64,000 nucleotides of DNA from Eledone cirrhosa (Eukaryota). The notes below the pieces were generated by a model that did no database searches, was not told the origin of the DNA, and worked only from the letters and a program-made list of their open reading frames with translations. This document shows positions 12,857 to 25,700 of the stretch, piece by piece (the stretch's first letter is position 1; every line of letters begins with the position of its first letter). The stretch spans positions 4,898,001-4,962,000 of the forward strand of contig OZ024764.1 in the NCBI GenBank assembly GCA_964016885.1, given 5' to 3'. The translations under genes were made by a program, and so were the position numbers.

Positions 12857-12898
12857 GACTGATACAGAGGAGAGTATCGCTCCAGAAAAGAATGACGA
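12857..12898 (+). CDS. Micro-exon E3 (class B), 42 nt, phase 2-2, TDTEESIAPEKND
   Basis: ttttttgtaatcacAG | gactgata...aatgacga | GTAAGT. Confidence 0.8.
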
Positions 12899-12971
12899 GT
12901 AAGTTTTAGTTTTACATACTATCTAACCATTATTCTATCTGTTCCTTCCCATCTCTCTCTCTCTCTCTCTT

Positions 12972-13003
<32 letters not shown>

Positions 13004-13132
13004 GTAAGGTGTATTACTGGCTGTGTAAAACGGTCCAATAAATTTTTGTTAGCAATATTAAGTCCTCCACGCTTTTGTATATCTCCAATTCCATTCAAGG
13101 GAACAGCTAGATGATGTAAAACGGAGTATTTG

Positions 13133-13235
13133 TATCAAAATGAAAATCCGAAGGCAAGGTAAAATTTCCAATCATTTTAATCACGTTGTGATTAAAATGA
13201 TTGGAAATCTTACCTTCCTTTGGATTTTCATTTTG

Positions 13236-13238
<3 letters not shown>
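13133..13238. repeat. ~105-bp palindrome downstream of each class B exon (copies at ~19601-19698, ~33444-33540, ~47048-47153, ~63037-63141)
   Basis: tatcaaaatgaaaatcc...ttccaatcattttaatcac-gtt-gtgattaaaatgattggaa...ggattttcattttgata. Confidence 0.9.
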
Positions 13239-13269
<31 letters not shown>

Positions 13270-13289
13270 GACTCTGTCTCTTATAAACC

Positions 13290-13806
13290 ACGTTGGCTAT
13301 TATGACACTCTCTCCAACATAGAGAGCTATGTTGGCTAATATGACTCTCTCTCTCCCTCTCTATGTTGGCTATTATGACTCTCTCTCTCTCCCTCTCTAT
13401 GTTGGCTATTATGACTCTATCTCTCTCTATGTTGGCTATAATGACTCTCTCTCTCTATTTATGTTGGCTATTATGACTCTCTCTCTCTCTCTCTCTCTCT
13501 CCCTCCCTCTCTATGTTGGCTATTATGACTCTCTCTCTCCCTCTCTATGTTGGCTATTATGACTCTCTCTCTCTCTATGTTGGCTATAATGACTCTCTCT
13601 CTCTCTATGTTGGCTATTATGACTCTCCCACTCTATGTTGGCTATTATGACTCTCTCTCTCTCTATGTTGGCTATAATGACTCTCTCTCTCTCTATGTTG
13701 GCTATAATGACACTCCCACTCTATGTTGGCTATTATGACTCTCTCTCTCTCTATGTTGGCTATAATGACTCTCTCTCTCTCTATGTTGGCTATTATGTCT
13801 CTCTCT
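13290..13806. repeat. ~28-30-bp minisatellite CTATGTTGGCTA(T/A)ATGA(CT)n, variable copy number (also ~19738-19927, ~33590-33767, ~47206-47799, ~63200-63463)
   Basis: Direct tandem repeats with embedded CT microsatellite; source of the MLAIMTLSLS pseudo-ORFs. Confidence 0.95.
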
Positions 13807-14162
13807 GTTCAAGCTTTATGAAGTTAGTTGAACATCTTCAAAGTCCTCCCATATTCGCCTTGTCTAATATGCGTTCTTGTACCTGATTATTTCCCCCAAA
13901 TCTCCTGGGAAGTTATAAGCCATGATGGCTACCTATCTCACAATTTCTCTCCTGCCCACCCCCTCACACCACCATAGTCTATTCGACCAATCAAACCTCA
14001 GAAACATGTCCCCACCCATTACCAACCCCAACAAACTCTGCCATTACTACTACTTCTACTTTTCTTCTAGCCCTTACCAGCCCCAACAAACCCTGACATT
14101 ATTACTACTATTGTCCTTCTAGCTATGGGCTGAGGATAAATGGGGCTACCCCAAATTAATAA

Positions 14163-15372
14163 ATGAATATGAATCCGCGAGTTACCAAGCACCCATGCAA
14201 AGCTTTAATTCAGAGACAGGAAGCATACACACCCCACTGCAAAAATTCACCCTTTCCCACGAGTGGTGGCAAATGCCCAAAACTCCGAGTTGGAACCATC
14301 AATGTAAGCACAATGAAAGGAAGAGCAGGAGAAATTGTAGAGATGCTAGAGCGAAAGAAAATTGATGTATGCTGTGTGCAAGAGACTAGATGGAGAGCAG
14401 AGTCCGCTGGAGTCCTTGCAGGCAGAAGTCAGTGCTACCAACTTGTCTGGGTAGCAAATGACAACAGGATGGGAGGTGTAGCTATCCTATTAGCTGACAA
14501 ATGGGTAGATAAGGTAATCTCAGTGAACAGGGTGAATGCAAGAATAATGAAACTTGGACAAGTCCTGAATAAAACAATTGCCACAATAATATCAGCTTAC
14601 GCACCCCAATTGGGGTTGCCAGCTGACTATAGCGGGGAATTTAGTTTAGAGGTCGGTGTCCACCAGGGCTCTGTTCTTAGCGCACTCCTGTTCGTTGAAG
14701 TATTGCAAGCAATAACGGAGGTGATTATGACCGGATGCCCATGGGAACTCCTATATGCGGATCATCTCACACTTATAGCCGAATCTATGGTGGAACTATA
14801 CTTGCTCAGTATGTAGAAAAGGAGTAGGCTGGCTGCAAAAGGCTTTCCCCTCAAAATGAAAAGCAGACTGTATGATGTGGGTATACGAATAGCAATGTTA
14901 CATAGTAGTGAAACCTGGGCGCCGTCTGTGGAAGACTTGCATAGATTAGAAAGAAATGAAGCCTGCATGCTCCGATGGATGTGTAATAGTAATATACGCA
15001 AACGGCAAAGCATAAATGAATTGAGAGAGTGACTGAGCATAAGAGGAATGAAATGCTGTGTGCAGGAGAGGAGGTTGCATTGGACATGTGATGCGTATGA
15101 AGGATGACAGCTGTATAAAAAGGTGTAGAGCAGTAGAAGTCGATGGAAGCCGTGGAGTGGGGAGACCCAAGAAGAGCTGGGATGAGGTGATAAAAGCCGG
15201 ACTCACTGTAAATGAGGTTGGTGTTAGGAAGGGCATCCAGCTGTAGGAATCAAGCCAGAATCAGTTCCTGTATGAGCAAGACAAGGTCAGCTGAACAGAC
15301 ACTGCCCACAACAGGACAACCCGTCTAACCCATGCTTGCGTGGAAGAATGGACGTAAAACAGTGATGAAGAT
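14163..15372 (+). mobile_element. Internally deleted RTE LINE: AP-endonuclease N-part fused in frame to RT mid-part, then C-terminus and 3' tail
   Basis: LRVGTINV, VCCVQETRW and SAYAPQ (APE domain) joined to VGVHQGSVLS...LLYADH (YADD mutated). Confidence 0.9.
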
Positions 15373-15629
15373 GATATATCATATATGCTAGTGTACTATT
15401 TGACATTTGGAGCCTAAAAATATCTCTCCAAAACCAGGGGTCGACTTGTCTGCTGAATATAGTATGTTACCTTTACCACTGAGGGGTATACAGTGAAACT
15501 GCCTGCCTAACACTTGTTGTACACCACTTACCATAACTCTAGCAACCCACCACATTTATTTCTACTGAATCTCATATTTGTTAAGTTTAACGTAGAGATT
15601 ATAGTAATATCAATGTCTTGCTGTAGCTT

Positions 15630-17345
15630 ATAGGGTAGGTTACTGTTGGGTAGGTTACTGTAGCGTAGGTTACCATAGGGTAGGATAGTGTCTGGTAGGT
15701 TACCATAGGGTAGGTTACTGTAGGGTAGGTTACGATAGGGCAGGATACTGTAGGGTAAGTTACTGGAGGGTAGGTTACCATAGGGTAGGTTACCGTAGGG
15801 TAGGTTACCATTGGGTAGGTTATTATAGGGTAGGTTACTACAGGGTAGGTGACCATAGAATAGGTTACTGTAGGGTATTTTACCATAGGGTATGTTACCA
15901 TAGGGTAGGTTACCTTATGGTAGGTTACCTTAAGGTAGGTTACCATAGGGTAAGTTACCATAGGGTAGGTTACCTTAGGGTAGGTGACCATAGTGTAGGC
16001 TACCATAGGTTAGGTTCTGTATGGTAGGTTAGGTTACTATAGGGTAGGTTACCATAGGGTAGGTTACGATAGGGTTAGTTACCATAGGGTAGGTTACCAT
16101 AGCGTAGGTTACTATTGGGTAGGTTACCATAGGGTAGGTTACTGTAGGTTAGGTTACGTAGGGTAGGTTACCATAGGGTAGGTTGCCATAGAGTAGGTTA
16201 TTATAGGGTAGGTTACCATAAGGTAGATTACCTCAGGGTATGTTACCATATGGTAGGTTACCATATGGTAGGTTACCATAGGGTAGGTTACTGTAGGGTA
16301 GTTTACCATAGTGTAGGATACCTTAAATTAGGTTACCACAGGAAAAGTTACCATATGGTAGGTTACTGTAGGTTAGGTTACCATAGGGTAGGTTATCATA
16401 GGTTAGGTTACCAAAGGGTAGGTTACTATAGGTTGTTACCATTGGGTAGGTTACTGTAGGGTAACATAGGTTACGATAGTGTAGGTTAATATAACATAGG
16501 TCACCATAGTGTAGGTTACCTTAGATTAGGTTACCACAGGATAGGTTACCATATGGTAGGTTACTGTAGGTTAGGTCACCATAGGGTAGGTTACTATAGG
16601 GTAGGCTACTATAGGTTGTTACCATAGGGTAGGTTACTATAGGGTAGGCTACTATAGGTTGTTACCATAGGGTAGGTTACTATAGGTTGTTACCATAGAG
16701 TAGGTTACAATATGGTTGGTTACCATAGTGTAGGTTACTATAACATTGGTTACCATAGTGTAGGTTACCTTAATTTAGGTTACCATAGGTTAGGTTACCG
16801 TATCGTAGGTTACTGTAGGTTAGGTTACAATAGGGTAGGTTACTATAGGGTAGGCTACCAATGATAGGTTATGATGGGTTAGGTTCCATAGGGTAGGTTA
16901 CCACAGTATATGTTACCATATGGTAGGTTAGGTTACCATAGGGTAGGTCACCATAGTGTAGGTTACTTTAGATTAGGTTACCATAGGGTAGGTTACCACA
17001 GGATAAGTTACCATATGGTAGGTTACTATAACATAGGTTACCAAAGTGTAGGTTTCTATAGGTTGTTACCATAGGGTAGGTTACTGTAGGGTAGGTTACT
17101 GTAAGGTAGGTTACCATAGGGTAGGATACTGTAGGGTAGGTTACCAGAGGGTAGGTTATTATAGTATAGGTTACCGTAGGGTAGGTTTCCATGAAGTAGG
17201 TGACCATAGGGTAGGTTACTATAAGTTAGGTTACCATAGGGTAGGTTTCCATGAAGTAGGTTACCACAGGGTAGGTTAACATAAATTAGGTTACCTTAGG
17301 TTAGGTTACCATAAGTTAGGTTACCATACGGTAGGTTACCATAGG
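15630..17345. repeat. 15-bp satellite array
   Basis: Same monomer and same left and right flanking modules. Confidence 0.95.
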
Positions 17346-19080
17346 TTTGTTAAGGTTAGGCTAGGCTGGTCTACTCGGTGAGTTAAAACTCACTTGTGAC
17401 TGTAGTGTTTTAGAAGAAGTGTCTTAATCTTTCGTGCACCACTAAATTTTTTAACTATTTCCCCTGAAACTGCCTTATTTTGGGGAGGTTATCTTATCAA
17501 TCGAATAGCGTCCTAAATCTAAATTACACCTCAGAATTTTAGGGGCCACGCTATGTACCGGATAGACTTGTACACCGGCATATATATATATGCAAAGAGA
17601 GCGAGAGAAACAGCGGGAGTGAGAGAGATACATTAAAACAATAACAGAGGTCTGACTGGAGAATTTACTTTAGAATTTTAAGAGAAAAGAGGAAGGTTTC
17701 AGACTTCTGGAATTCCTTCACGAAAATGTCCTATTTATCTGTAACACAAACTTCAAAAAATGAGACAACCACTTAATAACATATAGATCATGTGAGCCCA
17801 CCAGCTAGATAGATTTCCTTGTTACCATAAGACAGAGTGACTGTTATAAACACAAAGTCCCTCCCTAGTGAAGAATGCACCTCCCAACATACCTTAGGAG
17901 ACAAACTGGAAGAAAAGAGTATAGATCAAAATCAAAAGGTCTTAAAGTCAATTTGGTAAAGACTAAAGTTCTAGTAAGTAGAAAGGAAAACAGGGCCCAG
18001 ATCTCTTCAGGTAAACTGTCCTGCTCAGTGTGCAGAAAAGGAGTAGGTAGAAATTCCATCCTATGTCCCATATAGAAATGATGGGTACACAAAAGATGTT
18101 GTGGGATCTCAGGGAGGCTAACAAAGAACGTAGCTTCTACATGTGGCCAATGAACAGGAGATGGAAATATCAAGAGCTCTCGGGTTACAATCTCCTTCAA
18201 ATACCCGAAAGTCTCTGTAGAGGTGGTAGATAGTTTCTGTTACCTAGGTGACTAAATCAGCAGTGGAGTAGGGTGGTCCCAAAACTCAGTAACAAGAGTG
18301 AGATTAGATTGGAGAAAGTGCAGGGATCTACTACTACTGCTAACAACAAAAAGTTTTTCCCTCAAAATGAAGGGCAGACTGTATGATGCAGGTATACAAA
18401 CAACAATGTTGCACAGCAGCGAGACCTGGGCACTGTGTGTAGAAGATCTGTAAAGATTGGAAAGAAATGAAGCCTCCATGCTTCAATGGATGTGCCATAG
18501 TAATATATGCAAATGGCAAAACATAAATGTACTGCGAGAGAAATTAGGCATAAGAGGGGTTAGATGCAGTGTGCAGGAGAGGGATTGTTTTGGTATAGAC
18601 ATGTGATGTGTATGAAGGGTGACAGCTGTATAAAAAGGTGCCGAACAAACAAAGTTGACAGAAACCGTGGAGTGGGCAGGTCTAGGAAGACATGGGATGA
18701 GGTAAGGAAAGCTGACTTTGCACAATTACACCTCGCTAAGGCAATGACACAGGAGGGTGACCTCTGGCGCTATGCACAATTATAGAGGACCTGCCCTCAT
18801 AAATCCACGAGCTGAGGCATATATCTAGTATGTAACACCTTCCCCACCATCATCCCTCCCAAACACCTTCACCCCTATAACTACATCCACAATCCACCAG
18901 ACATTTTCCCTACCAACACCCCACACAAGTTCCCAAACCTCACCATAAAGTGGTCCTGCTGCAGCCATGACAAATGTGCCCAGTCCACACTGTACAGTGG
19001 TCTTGTAGGTGTCCTGCCAAAAATCAATATTGGGCCTTAAAACCTTGAGTCCCTTTTGTTCTGTGTATGAACATAAATAA

Positions 19081-19265
19081 TTGTTTCTACTTTTGGCACA
19101 AGGCCAGCAATTATCCAGTGCATTACTGGTACTTTATTTTATCGACCCCGTAAGGATGAAAGGCAAAGTTAACCTTGGCGGGATTTGAACTCAGATCATA
19201 CAGGGAGGTAACTATGCTTCAAAGCATGGCGTCCGACTCTCTACCGATACTGCCAATCCACCGCC
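19081..19265 (-). mobile_element. Full-length tRNA-SINE (Nin/Deu-like) upstream of class B exons, with target-site duplication (also ~32937-33121; tandem pairs at ~46367-46705 and ~62295-62630; chimeric single copy at ~12643-12780)
   Basis: Minus-strand A box TGGCAGTATCGG and B box GTTCAAATCC; flanked by direct repeat tgaacataaataa. Confidence 0.8.
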
Positions 19266-19353
19266 TGAACATAAATAAATAATGTAATATATATATATAT
19301 GTATGTGTGTGTGTATCTATTTATATATTTAACTATATTTTTTGTAATCACAG

Positions 19354-19395
19354 GACTGTTCCACTGCAGAGTTCCGCTAGAGGAAACAGTGACGA
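19354..19395 (+). CDS. Micro-exon E4 (class B), 42 nt, phase 2-2, TVPLQSSARGNSD
   Basis: ttttttgtaatcacAG | gactgttc...agtgacga | GTAAGT. Confidence 0.8.
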
Positions 19396-20282
19396 GTAAG
19401 TTTTAGTTTTACACACTATCTAACCATTATTCTATCTGTTCCTACCCGTCTCTCTCTCTCTTTATATATATATATTTATATATACTAAGGTGTATTATTG
19501 GTTGTGTAAAACGGTCCAATAAATTTTTGTTAGCAATATTAAGTTCTCCACGCTTTTGTATATCTCCAATTCCATTCAAGGGAACAGCTAGATGATGTAA
19601 AAAAATCCGAAGGCAAGGTAAAATTTCCAATCATTTTAATCATGTCGTGATTAAAATGATTGGAAATCTTACCTTCCCTTCGGATTTTCATTTTGATATA
19701 TATATATATATATATATGACTCTCTCTCTTATAAACCACGTTGGCTATTATGACACACTCTCCAACATAGAGAGCTATGTTGGCGATTATGACTCTCTCT
19801 CTCCCTCTCTATGTTGGCTATTATGACTCTCTCTCTCTCTATGTTGGCTATTATGACTCTCTCTCTCTCTATGTTGGCTATAATGACTCTCTCTCTCTAT
19901 CTATGTTGGCTATTATGTCTCTCTCTGTTCAAGGTTTATGAAGTTAGATGAACATCTTCAAAGTCCTCCCATATTCGCCTTGTCTAATATGCGTTCTTGT
20001 ACCTGATTATTTCCCCCAAATCTCCTGGGATGTTATAAACCATGATGGCTACCTATCTCACAATTTCTCTCCTGCCCACCCCCTCACACCACCATAGTCT
20101 ATTCGACCAATCAAACCTCAGAAACATGTCCCCACCCATTACCAACCCCAACAAACTCTGCCATTACTACTACTTCTACTTTTCTTCTAGCCCTTACCAG
20201 CCCCAACAAACCCTGACATTATTACTACTATTGTCCTTCTAGCTATGGGCTGAGGATAAATGGGGCTACCCCAAATTAATAA

Positions 20283-21492
20283 ATGAATATGAATCCGCGA
20301 GTTACCAAGCACCCATGCAAAGCTTTAATTCAGAGACAGGAAGCATACACACCCCACTGCAAAAATTCACCCTTTCCCACGAGTGGTGGCAAATGCCCAA
20401 AACTCCGAGTTGGAACCATCAATGTAAGCACAATGAAAGGAAGAGCAGGAGAAATTGTAGAGATGCTAGAGCGAAAGAAAATTGATGTATGCTGTGTGCA
20501 AGAGACTAGATGGAGAGCAGAGTCCGCTGGAGTCCTTGCAGGCAGAAGTCAGTGCTACCAATTTGTCTGGGTAGCAAATGACAACAGGATGGGAGGTGTA
20601 GCTATCCTATTAGCTGACAAATGGGTAGATAAGGTAATCTCAGTGAACAGGGTGAATGCAAGAATAATGAAACTTGGACTAGTCCTGAATAAAACAATTG
20701 CCACAATAATATCAGCTTACGCACCCCAATTGGGGTTGCCAGCTGACTATAGCGGGGAATTTAGTTTAGAGGTCGGTGTCCACCAGGGCTCTGTTCTTAG
20801 CCCACTCCTGTTCGTTAAAGTATTGCAAGCAATAATGGAGGTGATTATGACCGGATGCCCATGGGTACTCCTATATGCGGATCATCTCACACTTATAGCC
20901 GAATCTATGGTGGAACTATACTTGCTCAGTATGTAGGAAAGGAGTAGGCTGGCTGCAAAAGGTTTTCCCCTCAAAATGAAAAGCAGACTGTATGATGTGG
21001 GTATACGAATAGCAATGTTACATAGTAGTGAAACCTGGGCGCCGTCTGTGGAAGACTTGCATAGATTAGAAAGAAACGAAGCCTGCATGCTCCGATGGAT
21101 GTGTAATAGTAATATACGCGAACGGCAAAGCATAAATGAATTGAGAGAGTGACTGAGCATAAGAGGAATGAAATGTTGTGTGCAGGAGAGGATGTTGCAT
21201 TGGACATGTGATGCGTATGAAGGATGACAGCTGTATAAAAAGGTGTAGAGCAGTAGAAGTCGATGGAAGCCTTTGAGTGGGGAGACCCAAGAAGAGCTGG
21301 GATGAGGTGATAAAAGCCGGACTCACTGTAAATGAGGTTGGTGTTAGGAAGGGCATCCAGCTGTAGGAATCAAGCCAGAATCAGTTCCTGTATGAGCAAG
21401 ACAAGGTCAGCTGAACAGACACTGCCCACAACAGGACAACCCGTCTAACCCATGCTAGCGTGGAAGAATGGACGTAAAACAGTGATGAAGAT
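20283..21492 (+). mobile_element. Duplicate of the deleted RTE LINE at 14163
   Basis: Near-identical 217-aa ORF and tail. Confidence 0.9.
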
Positions 21493-21749
21493 GATATATC
21501 ATATATGCTAGTGTACTATTTGACATTTGGAGCCTAAAAATATCTCTCCAAAACCAGGGGTTGACTTGTCTGCTGAATATAGTATGTTACCTTTACCACT
21601 GAGGGGTAAACAGTGAAACTGCCTGCCTAACACTTGTTGTACACCACTTACCATAACTCTAGCAACCCACCACATTTATTTCTACTGAATCTCATATTTG
21701 TTAAGTTTAACGTAGAGATTATAGTAATATCAATGTCTTGCTGTAGCTT

Positions 21750-22767
21750 ATAGGGTAGGTTACTGTAGGGTAGGTTACTGTAGGGTAGGATACTGTCTGG
21801 TAGGTTACCATAGGGTAGGTTACTGTAGGGTAGGTTACTATGGGGTAGGTTACTGTAGGTAGGTTACCATAGGGTAGGTTACTGTAGTGTAGGTTACTGT
21901 AGGGTAGGTTACTATAGGGTAGGTTACTGTAGGGTAGATTACTCTAGGCTAGGTTACCATAGGGTAGGTTACTGTAGTGTAGGTTACCATAGAGTAGGTT
22001 ACCAGAGTAGGTGACCATAGGGTATGTTATTATAGGGTAGGTAACTGTAGGTTAGGTTACTATAGGGTAGGTTACCATAGTGTAGGTTACCTTATGGTAG
22101 GTTACCTTATGGTAAGTTACTATAGGGTAGGTTGCTATAGGGTAGGTTATCGTAGAGTAGGTTACCATAAGGTAGGTTACCGTAGGGTAGGGTATCATAG
22201 GATAGGTTACCATAAGGCAGGTTACCATAGAATAGGTTACCTTAGGGTAGTTTACTATAAGATAGGTTACCATAGTGTAGCTTACCATAGGGTAGGTTGT
22301 TACCATAGGCAAGGTTACTATAGGGTGGGTTACCATAGGGTAGTTTATAATATGGTTGGTTAACATAGTGTAGGTTACTATAACATAGGTTACCATAGTG
22401 TAGGATACCTTCGATTAGGTTACCATAGGGTAGGTTACTACAGGATAGGTTACCATATGGTAGGTTACCACAGGATAGGTTACCATAGGTTAGGTTAGCA
22501 ATGGGTAGGTTACTATAGGTTGTTACCATAAGGTAGGTTACTGTATGGTGGGTTACCATAGGGTAGGGTACCATAAAGTAGGTTATTATAGTGTAGGTTA
22601 CAATAGGGTAGGTTTCCTTAGGATAGGTAACCATAGGGTAGGTTACTATGGGGTAAGTTACCATGAAGTAGGTTACCATAGGGTAGGTTAACATAAGCTA
22701 GGTTACCTCAGGGTAGGTTACCATACCATAGGGTAGGTTACCATACCATAAAGTAGGTTACCATAGG
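21750..22767. repeat. 15-bp satellite array
   Basis: Same monomer and flanks. Confidence 0.95.
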
Positions 22768-25700
22768 TTTGTTAAGGTTAGGCTAGGCTGGTCTACTCGG
22801 TGAGTTAAAACTCACTTGTGACTGTAGTGTTTTAGAAAAAGTGTCTCAATCTTTCGTGCGCCACTAAATTTTTTAACTATTTCCCCTGAAACTGCCTTAT
22901 TTTTGGGGGTCATCTTATCAATCGAATAGCGTCCTAAATCTAAATTATACTTCAGAATTTTAGGGGCCGACCTATGTACCGGATAGACTTGTACACCGGC
23001 ATATATGGTATATATATATATGCATGGAGGCACATGGCTTAGTGGTTAGAGCATTGGTCATGCAATCGAAAGGTTGTGAGTTCAATTCTCAGACCGGGTG
23101 ATGTGTTGGTTCCTTGAGCAAGACACTTTATTTCACATTGCTCCAGTTTACTCAGCTGTAGAAATGAGATGATAGGGACTGGGGTCCCTATCATTCCACT
23201 GCAAAGTGGTCGTGGAGGTGCCATGGCAAAAAAAGCACCTAGCACTCACTGTAAATGAGGTTGGTGACAGGAAGGGCATACAGCTGTAGAAATCAAGCCA
23301 GAATCAGTTCCCGTCCCACCCTTGCAAGCAGGGAAAAGTGGACGTAAAATGAAATGATGAAAGAGAGATAGAGAGAAAGAGAGGGAGTGAGAGAGATACA
23401 TTAAAACAATAACAGAAGGTCTGACTGGAGAATTTACTTTAGAATTCCTTCACGGAAATGTCTTATTTATCTGTAACACAAACTTCAAAAAACAAGACAA
23501 CCACTTAATAACCGATAGATCATGTGAGCCCACCAGCTAGATAGATTTCATTGTTACCAGAAGACAGAGTGACTGTTATAAACACAAAGTCCTTCCCTAG
23601 TGAAGAATGCACCTCCCAACATACCTTAGAATACAACCTGGAAGAAAAGAGTATAGATCAAAATCAAAAGGTCTTAAAGTCAATTTGGTAAAGACTAAAG
23701 TTCTAGTAAGTAGAAAGGAAAACTGGGCCCAGATCTCTTCAGGTAAACTGTCCTGCTCAGTGGGCAGAAAAGGAGTAGGTAGAAATTCCATCCTATGTCC
23801 CATATAGAAATGATGGGTACACAAAAGATGTCGTGGGATCTCAGGAAGGCTAACAAAGAACGTAGCTTCTACATGTGGCCAGTGAACAGGGGCAGGAAAT
23901 ATCAAGAGCTCTCGGGTTACAATCTCCTTCAAATACCCGAAAGTCTCTGTAGAGGTGGTAGATAGTTTCTGTTACTTAGGTGACTAAATCAGCAGTGGAG
24001 GAGGGTGGTCCAAAAACTCAGTAACAAGAGTGAGATTAGATTGGAGAAAGTGCAGGGATCTACTACTACTGCTAACTACAAAACATTTTTCCCTCAAAAT
24101 GAAGGGCAGACTGTATGATGCAGGTATACAAACAACAATGTTGCACAGCAGCGAGACCTGGGCACTGTGTGTAGAAGATCTGTAAAGATTGGAAAGAAAT
24201 GAAGCCTCCATGCTTCAATGGATGTGCCATAGTAATATATGCAAATGGCAAAACATAGGTTACCATTGGGTAGGTTACTGTAGGGTAGGGTACCATAGGG
24301 TGGGTTACCATAGCGTAGGTTACTGAATGGTAGGTTACATTTTGTTAGGTTACTGTAGGGTAGGTTACCATAGGGTAGGTTACCATAGGGTGGGTTACCA
24401 TAGGGTAGGTTACTGTAGGGTAGGTTACCATAGGGTAGTTATGTAGGGTAGGTTACTGTAGGGTAGGTTACCATAGAGTAGGATACTGTAGGGTAGGTTA
24501 CCATAGGGTAGTTATGTAGGGTAGGTTACCATAGTGTAGGTTACTGCAGGGTAGGTTACCATAGAGTAGGATACTGTAGGGTAGGTTACCATAGGTTAGG
24601 TCACTGTAGGGTAGGTTACCATAGGGTAGGTTATTATAGGGTAGGTTACCATAGGTTAGGTTACTATAGGGTTGGTTGCCATAGGGTATGTTACCATAGG
24701 GTAGGTTACTATAAGGTAGGTTACCATACCATAGGTTAGGTTACCATATGTTTGTTAAGGTTAGGCTAGGCTGGTTTACTCGGTGAGTTAAAACTCACTT
24801 GCGACTGTAGTGTTTTAGAAGAAGTGTCTTAATCTTTAGTGCGCCACTAAATTTTTTAACTATTTCCCCTGAAACTGCCTTATTTTTTGGGTGTCGTCTT
24901 ATGAATCGAATAGTGTCGTATAGGACTATCTGGCATGTTTTCTATGGCTGGATGCCCTTCCTAACACCAACCACGTTTACAGTGTGGGGACTGGGAGGTT
25001 TTTACCATGTTAACTACACGGCCAATTTACAGCGTGGACTGTGTGTTTTATTGTCATGACACCTACACAACCTCATTTATTTAGGACTGGATGTTGTGTG
25101 ACCAACATAATTTTACAGAGATGGGGGTGGGAGTAGTGGGCTGGGGGCGTATATTTGGTTAAGAGGTGCCTACTGACTGTAGGTTTCGCTTTGTACTTAG
25201 GCAAGGGTGGTCTTCTGTATTACTGCGTAGCGCCAAAGATCTCGGTTCAGTGACATTGTTTTGGAGAGGTGTAAGTGTGTGAGATCGGAATTTATCAATT
25301 CGTCCCAGGGTTTTCTGGGTCTGCCTACTCCGTGGCTACCATCTATTTTGATCGCCCTGCACTTTTTTATACAGCTGTCGTCTTTCATGCGCATCACGTG
25401 ACCATACCAACGTAGTCTTCTCTCGAGTAAACAACATCTGATCCCTCTTATTCCTAATTTCTCACTTAGTTCATTTATGCTTTGCCGTTCACGTATATTA
25501 CTATTACACATCCAGCGGAGCATGCAAACTTCATTCCTCTCCAGTCTGCGTATATCCTCTGCACACAATGCCCAAGTCTCACTGCCATGTAACATTGTTG
25601 TTCGTATGCAGGCATCATACAGCCTGCCTTTCATTTTTAGAGAGAACCCTTTAGCGGCCAATCGTACAATGAAAAGAGCGTCTGTGATACTTTTACCTGA

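Noticed and set aside
13290-13806. Regularly spaced CTATGTTGGCTATTATGA repeats resembling a CRISPR array
   Set aside because: Spacers are only (CT)n, the context is eukaryotic, and no cas genes are present; it is a minisatellite.
14163-14816. 217-aa ORF conserved in four copies as a possible domesticated endonuclease gene
   Set aside because: Deleted RTE chimera with truncated APE domain and YADD changed to YADH; its conservation matches flanking non-coding identity, so recent duplication explains it.
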